Positions 19,363 through 30,246 of a stretch of 64,000 nucleotides of DNA are shown here, piece by piece (positions within the stretch are counted from its first letter, which is position 1; the number at the start of each line of letters is the position of its first letter). The notes below the pieces were generated by a model. It was not told the DNA's origin, ran no database searches, and saw only the letters and a program-made list of their open reading frames with translations. The stretch is from Candidatus Cloacimonadota bacterium (GTDB lineage: Bacteria > Cloacimonadota > Cloacimonadia > G963667145): NCBI GenBank assembly GCA_963667255.1, contig OY762940.1:159485-223484 (forward strand), given 5' to 3'. Position numbers and translations under genes: made by a program.

Positions 19363-22300
19363 AATTCCATTGATACACATCACGCACCAAGTAGATGCTA
19401 TCAATGTTGTTAGAAGGAACATGCCAATTAGGATGATTTTTGATACCGCTCTCGCCCAGAGTATTGTAAAAAGAGCCTGCATTTGGGATTACGGGAACAG
19501 TTGTATTATTAACATCATTAAGCCGCCAAATATAAGGAATGGGATGCCCTCTCTCTATCATGCCACCGTTAATATCCCCAATATTCCCGCTGGTATATCC
19601 ATCGTAATAGCTACAGTTACTCAATGTGGAGACAGTGTTTGTGCCTATCCCCGCAATATATCCGGTTGACATATCACCAAAAAACCGAGTCGTATGGTTC
19701 AGTTCCTCTTTAGAATAATATGACTGAGTGTTCAAGCTATATCCTGAATTTACATAACCAATGGCAACACTATCTAAAGTAATACTCTGCTGTATATAAC
19801 CAAATAAACCTCCTACACTTGTATAATTGTAACTTGCCGAACCACTATAATTAAAGACATACAAAGCCAATCTTTTCCCCACTATTTTGTCGGCATGTCC
19901 TACCATCGTGCCGACAGCTCCCTGATTCCAAAAATCTATCACATAAGGCACATTATTAGTAGCAGACCTAACAGTCATATAAGGATTCTTAACATAGATA
20001 TCCTCCAAGGTAATTGTTTGACCGGAATTAGAACCAGCTTCTACAACTGTTTTACTTATCAAAAAACCAAAGCGCACATTCCTACCCTCTAAAAAAGCCT
20101 CTCGATGATAATTAGGCTTATCTATCATCAGTCGTTTAATCGTGAGACTAGTATAAACAGCAGTGAAAAATCCTTCGGTATATTCTATTGGCAAATCTCC
20201 CATCTTTTGGCAATAACCCTCTATGCTGTGCCCGTGCCCATCGAAGCAGGAAGGACTTGTGTTCATAATATCAAACCAGATTGCAGAGGAACTAATATTG
20301 GGATCAGCTTCCTTATTCAAATCGACAGCCCAAAATTCAGTATCGCCAGTTCCGTTATCAGCTCTCAACAAAATGTCGGTGTAGAGGTCAACTTTCGTGC
20401 TTGTAATTTTCGCATAGACCCTTTTATTGGTTGCGTCATAATTACAGAAGAATTGTGGAGTAAACATCATCACATTCGAGGTATAGATATAGACCTCGCC
20501 CGACCTGTTTGCGTTTGCTATTTGCTTGGCTTCATACTCAAATCCTCGCTCACTGCCTATGCTACCGAGCGAGCTACTGTTTGCTATGGCCAGCTTGGGA
20601 TAGTAGTCAGTGGTTACATTGCTGGTGTTCCAGCCGTTGCCACTCGTAAATCCTAAGGTATTCCAAATATTAGCTGTATTGCACACAGGCGAAACAGAAG
20701 GATAGATATTACCGGCATACAGGTTCGCTCCATTTTTCAGGTTAGCACCAACATTTCCAGTGCTTCTGTAAATGTCTGTTCCCCAGTTGACCCCAAATCG
20801 CTTGTGATAATACTTAAAATAGGTCTCCACCCAGCCGTAGTTGTTGGAGAGATTTCCACCATTAGCAGCTATCCTCCCAAAATAAGAACTTTTTTTAGGG
20901 TATGCTGCCTTCAAGTCATAATATTTTATCATAGCTACACAGTTACTCACTGTGCCATAATAATTATCCCCAACTATTCCAGCTATGCAACCCGTGCTAG
21001 CATTGGTGTTAGTGCTTTTGATAATAGACCCTGTAACCAAACAGCGGGTTACAGCTCCCTTGGATAGTGCAGCTATACCTCCAATGGTAACAACTGCAGA
21101 GAGTGTCGCCTGCGAGACAGAGCAATCGCTGACATTCGCATTATTGTATCCCATGAGTCCACCTGCGTATTGATTCGTAGCTGTGACAATGGCACTGTTC
21201 ACACAGCATTTGGAGATAGTTGTTGCATCAGTATATCCTACCAAACCGCCGACATATTGATTACCCGTAGCGGTTACAGTGTCAACTTTGCTATTAGATA
21301 CAGCTCCAGTGTTATGTCCGAGCAGACCACCTGCGTATTGACCGCCACAGCCAACCACTACCCGAGTAGCCGAGCACGAATTAATTGTCGATTCATTCTT
21401 CCCGATGAGTCCACCGGCATGGCTGGTCGTAGCTGTGACAGAGGCACTGTCCACCGTGCAGGAGGTAACAGAAGTTACCTGACTGATATGTCCGACCAAA
21501 CCTCCGGCATAGCTGGTCGTAGCTGTGACTCGCACACTATCAACCCTGCATCCGCTAAGAATAACAGAAGAACTATTAATAACCCCGACCAAACCACCTG
21601 CATTATTACCAGCTTTCACAGTCAGGTTTGACCCAGAGCTATTTGTGATAGATTTCTCAGTTTTCCCAACCAGTCCTCCCACTATTTCGTTCATAGCTGT
21701 GGCAGTTATCCCTCTCACCAAGCAATTGTCGATAGTTCCACCACTATACCCTACGAGTCCACCAACATAGCTGGTCGTAGCTGTGACAGTCGTGTTGGAG
21801 GCGGTATCTCTGGTCAAAGCTCCAGAGTTATAACCAATAAATCCGCCGATATATTGAGAACCCGTAGCGGTTACGGTGTCAACTTTGCTCTCAGATACAG
21901 CACCAGTATTATATCCGAGCAAACCGCCTACATTTCCCCTGTGGTTAACTTTTACTACTACCCGAGTAGCCGAGCACGAATTAATTTTCGAGGCATTATT
22001 CCCGATGAGTCCGCCGGCGTATTGATTACTAGCTGTGACAGAAGCACTGTCCACCGTGCAGGAGGTAATATTTCCTGTATTACTACTATACCCGAGCAAA
22101 CCACCGACATATCGATAACCCGTAGCGGTTACACTGTCAACTCTGCTATGGGAAACAGCTCCCGTATTCATCCCGAGCAAACCACCTGCGTATTCACTGA
22201 CCACAGCCAACCACTACCCGAGTAGCCGAGCACGAATCAATTTTCGCTGTATTATACCCGACGAGCCCGCCGGCATATTGGGAATTAGCTGTGACAGAGA

Positions 22301-23147
22301 CACTGTCCACAGAGCAATTAGTAATACTGGCGGCAGTCCCATCACATTTTCCTGCCAAACCACCCGCATAGCTTACGGTGGTTGTGATATTTACACTCGA
22401 CACCGAGCAACTATCAATAGTCCCTGAATAAAGCCCTACCAAGCCACCCACATTATCCTTCCCCGATATAGTGGCTATAGATGTGCCATTGCTCACTACA
22501 TGACAATTCCTAATCGTGGCACCAGCGGGCAAATAACCTACCAAAGCACCAAAATTGCTGTAACTACCCTCTCCGATGCTGTTGATTTTCAGAGTAAGAT
22601 TATTAATAGTATCGGTGACAGTCGCCAAAAGTCCTACATGCTGATACTCACCTTTGATAGAAAAGTTGGAGATAGTGTGTCCATTCCCAAAGAACGCTAC
22701 AACATTGAACAGGGGAGGCAAAGAATCTCCACCGAAATTTAAATTATTAGTCAAATTTATGGTAATTTTGTATCCGTAGAGTCCCAAGATATTTTTGTAG
22801 TCCTCTGTGGAGGCGACGGTAACAGTCATATCAAGAAACGGAGAGTAACCTTGCTGACCAGAGCGTTGTATGGGAATAGCTGTTCCCACCTTGAGCCACG
22901 GACTACCCGCAGTGCCACTGGTAGCGGGGTCCCAGTTGATGCCATTATCATTATTCCAAAAATTAGCATTCTGCAAATCCGATTGTGTGGTGGTTTGTCC
23001 GTTTTTGTCGTTGAGAGCTGCCAGCATCGCACTGCCTGTAGGCAGAGCACCGCTATTTAGTGCCGATTGCACAGATAATCCCACTGCTAAAATACCCGAG
23101 AAACACGCTAACAATATTCCCGTAAATAAAATTTTTCTACTCTTCAT
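19361..23147 (-). pseudogene. GLUG-motif repeat protein B, split by a +1 frameshift at ~22200 (ORFs 22194-23147 and 19361-22210)
   Basis: Signal peptide MKSRKILFTGILLACFSGILA and N-terminal domain paralogous to protein A; removing the extra base at 22200 restores VGCGSEYAGGLLG, matching sister repeats VGCGGQYAGGLLG. Confidence 0.75.
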
Positions 23148-23244
23148 AATTACAACTTCTCCAAATGTATACAACTACGACCAAAGAATAAACAAAACAA
23201 AACAAGTCAATTGAAAATAAATAAACTATTTGTTTTCATTATCT

Positions 23245-23512
23245 TCATGCTCCATGCTCCTCTATTTCCTCATCCCCGTGGAAACAGGTATCCATTCTCG
23301 TTTTCGAGCTTTGTTCTCTTACTTGCTCCTCTCCAAAAATTATCCATTATCAATTATCACTTATCAATTATTTTGCATACGGGAAAAAGCAACTGCTCTG
23401 TTCCCTACCCTGCCCCATCTGGATTCTTGTTTTCGTGCTCAGTCCTCTTCCCTACTCTCCGAAAAAATTATCCATTATCAATTATTAATTATCAATTATT
23501 TTGTGCTTGACC
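23245..23512. repeat. Intergenic hairpin mosaic 4
   Basis: ATCCCCGTGGAAACAGGTAT at 23272, heptamer runs, half-REP TGCATACGGGAA, TTTTGTGCTTGACC end. Confidence 0.8.
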
Positions 23513-23566
23513 AAAAACCCCGAATTAAACAAACTCAATCAAAATACAACACTAAAGAGGTCGAAG

Positions 23567-24487
23567 ATGAAAATAGGAATATTGGGAACCGGTGGCGTAG
23601 GAGGATATTTCGGAGCAAAACTCGCCACAGCAGGACATCAAGTAAAATTTTTGGCAAGAGGTCAACACCTTGCCAACATCCAAAAAAACGGGCTGATTGT
23701 AAAAAGCGTGAAAGGCGATATGCACCTCAATCCCGCTGATGCCAGCCAAAACCTACAAGATTTTGCCGACTGCCAGCTCATCATATTCACCTGCAAATCT
23801 TGGCAAGTCGAACCGCTCTCCAAGGAACTCAAACCCTATCTGAACAAAAACGCTCTGCTCTTGCCCCTGCAAAACGGCGTGCTGGCTGCGGAAGAGATTT
23901 GTAGGCACTTCCCCAAAGAGAACATCCTCAACGGACTCTGTGTTATTTTTTCCAAAATTACCGCTGCTGGCGAAATCACGCATATGGGCTTAGAGCCGAT
24001 TATCAAGTTCGGAGAGTTGGACAAGACTCGTTCGGAAAGGAGCTTGGACATAGAAAAAATGTTTTTGCAAGCCGACATCCAAGCCACGCTCAGCAACGAC
24101 ATCGCCGTGGATTTGTGGCTCAAATTCGTCGTCATCTGTCTCGGTGTATACGGTGCCACCATGAACGCCACTTACGGCGAACTGCGGGAACTCCCCGAGA
24201 CCAGAGCGATTTTGCAAGAAACATTGCAAGAGATTTACACGATTGGCAAAGCCAAGAATATCAATCTTCCCGATGACACTGTCGAGCGAAGTATGAAAGC
24301 CGTCGATTCCTATCCCGCTGATGTTCGCTCATCTCTGGCTCGGGACATCCTTGAGGGGAAATCTTCGGAAATAGAATATCAGACCGGCTGTGTCGTGAAA
24401 TTTGGAAAAGAACTCGGCATCAAAACACCTTACAATCAGGCAGCTTACGCAGCGGTGAAAATGATGATGAAGAAAAATAATCTATAG
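23567..24487 (+). CDS. panE: 2-dehydropantoate 2-reductase
   Basis: GTGGVGGYFG, LQNG, LWLKF, SSLARD...SEIE. Confidence 0.9.
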   Translation: MKIGILGTGGVGGYFGAKLATAGHQVKFLARGQHLANIQKNGLIVKSVKGDMHLNPADASQNLQDFADCQLIIFTCKSWQVEPLSKELKPYLNKNALLLPLQNGVLAAEEICRHFPKENILNGLCVIFSKITAAGEITHMGLEPIIKFGELDKTRSERSLDIEKMFLQADIQATLSNDIAVDLWLKFVVICLGVYGATMNATYGELRELPETRAILQETLQEIYTIGKAKNINLPDDTVERSMKAVDSYPADVRSSLARDILEGKSSEIEYQTGCVVKFGKELGIKTPYNQAAYAAVKMMMKKNNL

Positions 24488-24514
24488 AATTGAATTTTGG
24501 GTATTGAAGCCGAT

Positions 24515-25414
24515 ATGACAAAAGACAATAGTAGGAAGCCTTTGATTCTCGGCTCTCTCTATGCCATGATTGCCACCTTCCTTTGGGCAGGCAACCTCAC
24601 TATCTCTCGTGGCATCAGTGCCCATATTTCTCCCATTTCACTCTCTTTGATTAGATGGAGTATAGCCAGCATAGTTTTATTGCCTTTTGGTATCAAGACT
24701 CTGCTCAAACAATGGACAATCATTAAAAGCAATATGCTCTACCTATTTGTTACAGCTTTTTTGGGAATTGCTCTTTTCAACACCTTGGTCTATACAGCGG
24801 GCAAAACTACTACCGCTATAAATCTTTCCATCATATCCCTCACATTCCCCATTTTCATATTGATATTCTCTGCCCTTTTCTACCATGAAAAAATAAATGC
24901 TCAAAGAACCATCGGACTCATCTTAGTAATCATCGGCACTATTTATCTGACCACCAAAGGAAATCTTCAAACAATTTTTACAAATAAGCCGGTAATCGGA
25001 GATTTGCTAATGCTACTGGCATCAATCGTTTTCGCTACCTACAGCATCTTCCTAAAAAATAAGCCAAAAAAACTGGAACTCATTTCACTACAACTACTAA
25101 CTTTTCTCCTCGGGACTATCATTCTGCTTCCTATCTACTTATTGCAAAGTAATCAGAACCTTATTATCCCTTTGAGTTTTAACATGCTTGGGATTTACGC
25201 CTATGTAAGCATCTTCGCTTCGGTAATAGCTTTTGTCTCTTGGAATGCCTCTATATCGCTGATAGGAGCTACCAAAGCAAGCATCATCTACTACATTATT
25301 CCTATATTCAGTTCGATTTTGGCTTTCTTATTTTTGAACGAAAAAATTGTCTTCTATCAATTTATTTGTTTTGGACTAATTCTGGTTGGCATCTTATTAG
25401 CTCGTAAAGATTAA
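24515..25414 (+). CDS. EamA/DMT family transporter
   Basis: About 10 TM helices, LWAGN, two EamA repeats ending HEKI and NEKI. Confidence 0.85.
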   Translation: MTKDNSRKPLILGSLYAMIATFLWAGNLTISRGISAHISPISLSLIRWSIASIVLLPFGIKTLLKQWTIIKSNMLYLFVTAFLGIALFNTLVYTAGKTTTAINLSIISLTFPIFILIFSALFYHEKINAQRTIGLILVIIGTIYLTTKGNLQTIFTNKPVIGDLLMLLASIVFATYSIFLKNKPKKLELISLQLLTFLLGTIILLPIYLLQSNQNLIIPLSFNMLGIYAYVSIFASVIAFVSWNASISLIGATKASIIYYIIPIFSSILAFLFLNEKIVFYQFICFGLILVGILLARKD

Positions 25415-25490
25415 CAATTCGCATAATCCTACGAAACAAAGACTAATATTTTAATCTCAGTCAACCTCGCTACAAATTGGCAATAAACAA

Positions 25491-25985
25491 CTAACCAATC
25501 TCTTGCGGCACATCAACCGTCAGCACGCAGAACACCTGCATCCCCAGACCTTTGCCAAACTCTGTCAAACCCTCTCCGGTGGTCGCTGTCAGTCCGATTT
25601 GCTCTACGCCGATTCCCAAAATTTTCGCCAAAGACACTCTCAACTCTCCGATTCTGCACTCCAGCTTGGGCTTCAGAGCCTCGATGGAAACCGACAGATG
25701 AACAATCTTGCCCTTGAGATTTCCCAAATCTTCCAAAGCAACCTTGAGATATTCCACACTATCGGTAATCCCCAACTTGCACATCTTGTCGGCGACTTTG
25801 CCCAAAATATTTCGCCCCGTAATCCCCGAAATCGCATTAGTCACCGCATGTAGCACGACATCGCCGTCACTATTGGCGACAAAACTCATCTCCTCGCTAA
25901 AACAAATCCCACACAGAAACAAGCCTTTGCCCGTGTTCTCCAAATCAAAACGGTGACTGTCCTGCCCTATCGCAACTTTAATCAT
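25491..25985 (-). CDS. ispF: 2-C-methyl-D-erythritol 2,4-cyclodiphosphate synthase
   Basis: IGQDSHRF, SDGDVVLHA, ATTGEGL. Confidence 0.9.
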   Translation of the reverse strand: MIKVAIGQDSHRFDLENTGKGLFLCGICFSEEMSFVANSDGDVVLHAVTNAISGITGRNILGKVADKMCKLGITDSVEYLKVALEDLGNLKGKIVHLSVSIEALKPKLECRIGELRVSLAKILGIGVEQIGLTATTGEGLTEFGKGLGMQVFCVLTVDVPQEIG

Positions 25986-26827
25986 TTTACCATTCCTTTC
26001 ACAAGCCGTATTTGCTCTACATAATCGCAAGATTTGGCGGGTGTTTCCAAGATAAGCGGTTTCCCGTGTCTATAGGCAAAATCCACTACAGCACCAATTC
26101 CTGCCAAACCGATTTTCCCCACTCCCAAATCTTCGTGCCTGTCCACTCTGCTACCCACTTCCTTTTTGGCATCGTTGAGGTGGAAGCAAACCAATCTGTC
26201 CAAGCCAAACCTCTTCTCAAAATCTGCCAACCAATCTTCCACACCCTGCTCAGTTCGCAAATCGTATCCCGCAGCGAAAGCGTGACAGGTATCCAAGCAA
26301 AATCCTATCCGCTGATGGCACTCCAATTCCCGAAACAGCTCATCCAACTCATCCAACCGAAAACCAATCTCACTCCCCTGACCTGCGGTGTTCTCCAAAA
26401 CAATCTTCACTTCCTCGTGAGTGCGGTGCAAAACATAAGTCAGATTTTCTTTGATGTTTTTGAAAGCCTCCGCTTTGGCAAACTCCAAATATTTCCCGAT
26501 ATGTAGCACAATTCCCACTCCACCGAGAGCAAAAATTTTGTTCATATCGTCTATCAAACTGTCCGCAACGAAACGGAAATCGCTCAGAGGTTTGGCAAAA
26601 TTCAAAAGGTAAGAACAATGCCCGATAAGGAAAATCCCCTTCTCTTGCAGCTTGCTCCTCACAGTCAAAGCATCCTCCTCGCTCAAATCTTTCACATATC
26701 GATAACTTCGCGGACTTTTCAAAAAAATTTGCACAGCGTTTCCGCCCAAATCTTCCACAATCTCCACAGCGTTCAAAAAACTCTTGGCAATAGAACTGTG
26801 CACACCAATCTGCAAAATATTTTCCAT
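25982..26827 (-). CDS. nfo: Endonuclease IV (AP endonuclease)
   Basis: GVHSS, LENTAGQG, CLDTCH, HLNDAK, DRHE, ILETP. Confidence 0.95.
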   Translation of the reverse strand: MENILQIGVHSSIAKSFLNAVEIVEDLGGNAVQIFLKSPRSYRYVKDLSEEDALTVRSKLQEKGIFLIGHCSYLLNFAKPLSDFRFVADSLIDDMNKIFALGGVGIVLHIGKYLEFAKAEAFKNIKENLTYVLHRTHEEVKIVLENTAGQGSEIGFRLDELDELFRELECHQRIGFCLDTCHAFAAGYDLRTEQGVEDWLADFEKRFGLDRLVCFHLNDAKKEVGSRVDRHEDLGVGKIGLAGIGAVVDFAYRHGKPLILETPAKSCDYVEQIRLVKGMVK

Positions 26828-26995
26828 CTTTCTCCTCTAATTTAACATTACAGGTTTAAAACATTTGCCCGTAAAACTTGTCAAGTTCTTTGACTTGCAC
26901 ATCTTTCTTTTAAATCCTTGACTTACAAACAAAACTATAATCCATTGAACGAGGCGTGTTCGCAAGCGACCAAAAACTTTCGGTTAGGTAAGAAT

Positions 26996-27634
26996 ATGAA
27001 AATACTACATCTTTCTGATATTCACGGGAAAGTGGAAAACTTCCAATTCATAGAAGATTTGTTGCAAAACAGCGACTTGATCATTATCAGTGGCGACCTG
27101 ACGCACATGGGCAAGGAAACAGCTATGGCGAATATTCTTCACTTCTTGCCTCTATATAAAACACTGGCTCTGTTGGGAAATTGCGACTACCCCTCAACGC
27201 TAAAAACCTTGCAAAAAGCGGACATCTCCATTGATGGACAATGCACGACTATAAGAGGCTACAAAATCTGTGGTTACGGTGGCTCACTACCGACTCCGAT
27301 TGACACTCCCAATATGCATCCCGAAGAAGAGTTTTTGCATGTTCTGGACTCCTTTTCCGCTGTTGACATTCTGGTGACACATCAGCCGCCATACGGCACG
27401 AAAGCCGATTTACTGCCCACCGGCGAGCATGTCGGGAGCAAAAACATCACGGAATACATCGGCACTTACCAGCCGAAACTCGCTCTCTGCGGACATATGC
27501 ACGAAGCCCAATCCGTCAGCAAAATCGGCGAAACCTTCGTTGTAAATTCGGGTGCTTTGGCTCTCGGGAATTACGCTCTAATAACTCTAACCGACGATAA
27601 AATCGACATTAAATTGGGTAATATCTCATCATGA
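26996..27634 (+). CDS. Metallophosphoesterase (Icc-like)
   Basis: SDIHG, GDLT, GNCD, HQPP, CGHMHE. Confidence 0.9.
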   Translation: MKILHLSDIHGKVENFQFIEDLLQNSDLIIISGDLTHMGKETAMANILHFLPLYKTLALLGNCDYPSTLKTLQKADISIDGQCTTIRGYKICGYGGSLPTPIDTPNMHPEEEFLHVLDSFSAVDILVTHQPPYGTKADLLPTGEHVGSKNITEYIGTYQPKLALCGHMHEAQSVSKIGETFVVNSGALALGNYALITLTDDKIDIKLGNISS

Positions 27635-28968
27635 TAAAGAATCTCGATAGACAAACCATCCTTGAGCTTCTGGAGACAGGACAAATTGCCCGACTGCACT
27701 CGTATCTGCAAGATTCTCACCCGGGAGACATCGCCGCTATCATCAACGACTTGCCCTACGATGAGCAATATAAACTTTTCAGTCAACTGAAGGTAGGGAT
27801 TGCCGCAAATGTTATGCCGGAATTGCACCAAGAGATACAAGAGCAATTTCTGCAAAAGATAAATCCTGCCAAATTAGCCGGAATACTGGGCGAAATGGAC
27901 AGCGATGATGCGACAGACATCCTCAGCGGGATTGAGGACGAGCAAGAGCAAAAATCGATTTTGGAGAGACTGGATTTTGACGACAAGCAATCCATCAAAA
28001 AGCTCCTGACTTACGATGAAAACACTGCCGGCGGTATCATGCAGTCGGAGGTCGCTCAAGTTCCCAAGAACTTCACCAAAGCCCAAGTCGTTCAGTATAT
28101 TAAAGAAAACTATGATGAAATCGATAATCTCGCCTATATTTTCGTCGTCAATGAGGACTGTGTTTTGGAAGGAAAATTGGACACCTACGCACTTCTCATC
28201 ATGGACGACAACCAAACCATCGGGCAAGCTATGCAAACAGACATCATCTCTACGACCACGAGCACCGACCAAGAAAAAGTCGCTCACCTCTTCCGTAAAT
28301 ACGACCTCTATGCCATTCCTGTTGTTGACAGCCAAAATCACCTCTTGGGTCGGATTACCGTTGACGATGTTATTGATGTCATCGATGACGAAGCCTCGGA
28401 AGATGTTTATAAAATGATGGGGTTGGAAAACGAAGACAAAGTTTTCTCCTCACCGCTTGACTCTTTCGGCAAAAGGATTCCTTGGCTTCTGCTAAACCTC
28501 TTCACAGCTATTTTGGTCTCCAGTGTGGTAGGAATCTTCGAGGGAGTCATCAAAAGCTGGGCGTTCCTTGCCGTGCTAATGCCCATAGTCGCAGGACTCG
28601 GAGGAAACTCAGGAGCACAAACCCTCACGGTAATCATTCGCGGTATCGCCATGGGCGAGCTGACCACCAACAACTCCATCAAAGCACTTCGCAAAGAGGT
28701 CATCGTCAGCATCTGCAACGGCATCGCCATCGGCTCCGTCGCCGCTCTGATAGCTTGGCTCTACAAAAGCAACATAATGCTCGGTGTCGTCCTCGGAGGC
28801 GGTCTAATCTGCAATATGCTGATAGCCGGCACAGTGGGAGCCTTAGTCCCCTTACTCCTCAAAAAATTCAAATTAGACCCCGCTCTCGGCTCTAACATCA
28901 TCGTCACCATGCTCACCGACATGGGCGGATTTGCGAGTTTCCTAGGACTTGCAGCCATCCTCCTGTAG
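27631..28968 (+). CDS. mgtE: Magnesium transporter MgtE
   Basis: TAGGIM, CBS pair, GRITVDDVID, RIPWLL, GGNSGAQ, DPALGS, TD. Confidence 0.95.
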   Translation: MIKNLDRQTILELLETGQIARLHSYLQDSHPGDIAAIINDLPYDEQYKLFSQLKVGIAANVMPELHQEIQEQFLQKINPAKLAGILGEMDSDDATDILSGIEDEQEQKSILERLDFDDKQSIKKLLTYDENTAGGIMQSEVAQVPKNFTKAQVVQYIKENYDEIDNLAYIFVVNEDCVLEGKLDTYALLIMDDNQTIGQAMQTDIISTTTSTDQEKVAHLFRKYDLYAIPVVDSQNHLLGRITVDDVIDVIDDEASEDVYKMMGLENEDKVFSSPLDSFGKRIPWLLLNLFTAILVSSVVGIFEGVIKSWAFLAVLMPIVAGLGGNSGAQTLTVIIRGIAMGELTTNNSIKALRKEVIVSICNGIAIGSVAALIAWLYKSNIMLGVVLGGGLICNMLIAGTVGALVPLLLKKFKLDPALGSNIIVTMLTDMGGFASFLGLAAILL

Positions 28969-28978
28969 AAATTTCATT

Positions 28979-30226
28979 GTGATAGAGCACAACGGCAAAA
29001 TCTGGGATTTAATCGTCATCGGAGCAGGAGCTTCTGGACTAATGGCAGCAGGCAAAGCCTCCCGCTTGGGACACTCCGTCCTGATACTGGAAAAGATGCC
29101 CAAAATTGCCCGAAAAGTAAGAATCACTGGGAAAGGCAGATGCAACCTCACCAACACAAAATCGTGGACTGAATTTGAAAATAGCATCTTCCCTAAGCCC
29201 AATTTCTTCAAAAAAGCGTTCTTCAATTTTGACAACCTCAAAACCATCGATTTATTTGAAAAAACCCTAAGCGTGCCACTGAAAGTGGAGCGGGACAAAA
29301 GAGTTTTCCCCGTGTCCGACAAATCTTCCGAAATCATAAAAGCGTTGGATTTGTGGGCAAAACAGGCTAAAATAGTCTGCAATTGCTCGGTAACTTCCGT
29401 GGAAATAATTGGCGACAATATCAACCGCATCATCTGCTCCCAAGATGGCAAAGCCGTCTCCTACCAAGCTCATAATTATCTCCTTGCCACAGGCGGTCTG
29501 AGTTACCCCACCACAGGTAGCACCGGAGACGGTCTCTCCTTGGCACAATCGATGGGGCACACTGTAAACCCCTGCTTGCCATCCCTCGTGCCACTCATCA
29601 GCCCCGATGTCAAAAATCTGCAAGGGTTAGCGTTGAAAAACACAACCGCAACTCTCTTGAAAGAAAACAAAAAGATGCAAGAAGAGTTTGGCGAACTGCT
29701 GTTTACGCACAACGGACTCTCGGGACCAACCATCCTCACACTTAGCCGACTGGCAGTTATCCTTTTGCAGCAAAACGAGAACACCTCTATCTCTCTAGAT
29801 TTGAAGCCATCTCTTGCCGTTGAACAATTGTCTCAAAGAATTTCACGAGAAATCTCCACAGCTCCCGACAAGCAAATAAACACTTTTCTGAAAAATTACC
29901 TGCCACTTAGACTAATTCCCTGCATAATCGACAGATTGGGCGTAAATCCACAATCTAAAATTTCGTCTCTGAATATCACGAAAAAATTAGCCCTTCTTCT
30001 GAAAAATCTGAATTTTACAATTGTTGGACATTGTGGATTTGAACAAGCGATAATCACTCAGGGAGGCATCCCCACTGCTGAAATCGACAGCAAAAGTATG
30101 CGTTCCAAATTAATTAACAACCTCTATCTATCGGGCGAGATAATCGACTTGGACGCTTACACCGGAGGGTTTAATCTGCAAATAGCGTTCTCTACAGGAT
30201 ACTTGGCAGGAGAGTTGAAGAAATAA
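28979..30226 (+). CDS. HI0933/BaiN-family flavoprotein
   Basis: GAGASG, ITGKGRCNLTN, ATGGLSYPTTGSTGDG, TGGFNLQIAFSTG. Confidence 0.9.
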   Translation: MIEHNGKIWDLIVIGAGASGLMAAGKASRLGHSVLILEKMPKIARKVRITGKGRCNLTNTKSWTEFENSIFPKPNFFKKAFFNFDNLKTIDLFEKTLSVPLKVERDKRVFPVSDKSSEIIKALDLWAKQAKIVCNCSVTSVEIIGDNINRIICSQDGKAVSYQAHNYLLATGGLSYPTTGSTGDGLSLAQSMGHTVNPCLPSLVPLISPDVKNLQGLALKNTTATLLKENKKMQEEFGELLFTHNGLSGPTILTLSRLAVILLQQNENTSISLDLKPSLAVEQLSQRISREISTAPDKQINTFLKNYLPLRLIPCIIDRLGVNPQSKISSLNITKKLALLLKNLNFTIVGHCGFEQAIITQGGIPTAEIDSKSMRSKLINNLYLSGEIIDLDAYTGGFNLQIAFSTGYLAGELKK

Positions 30227-30246
30227 GAAACAACCTCTCTTCTTAA

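Noticed and set aside
18372-19373. Short ORFs in mosaics (LVPKLQ..., LDSRLRGNE..., KNYPLSIINYQL)
   Set aside because: They are translations of palindromic and heptamer repeats, recur in several frames and lack coding features.
13645-23147. Diversity-generating retroelement acting on the GLUG repeats
   Set aside because: Many variable codons are NNT, but there is no reverse transcriptase or template repeat in the window, and changes are not confined to adenines (e.g. TGG, GCG).
25491-25985. IspF inactivation (ANSDGD in place of GHSDGD)
   Set aside because: The metal-binding D/H/H residues are retained, and this looks like a natural variant.
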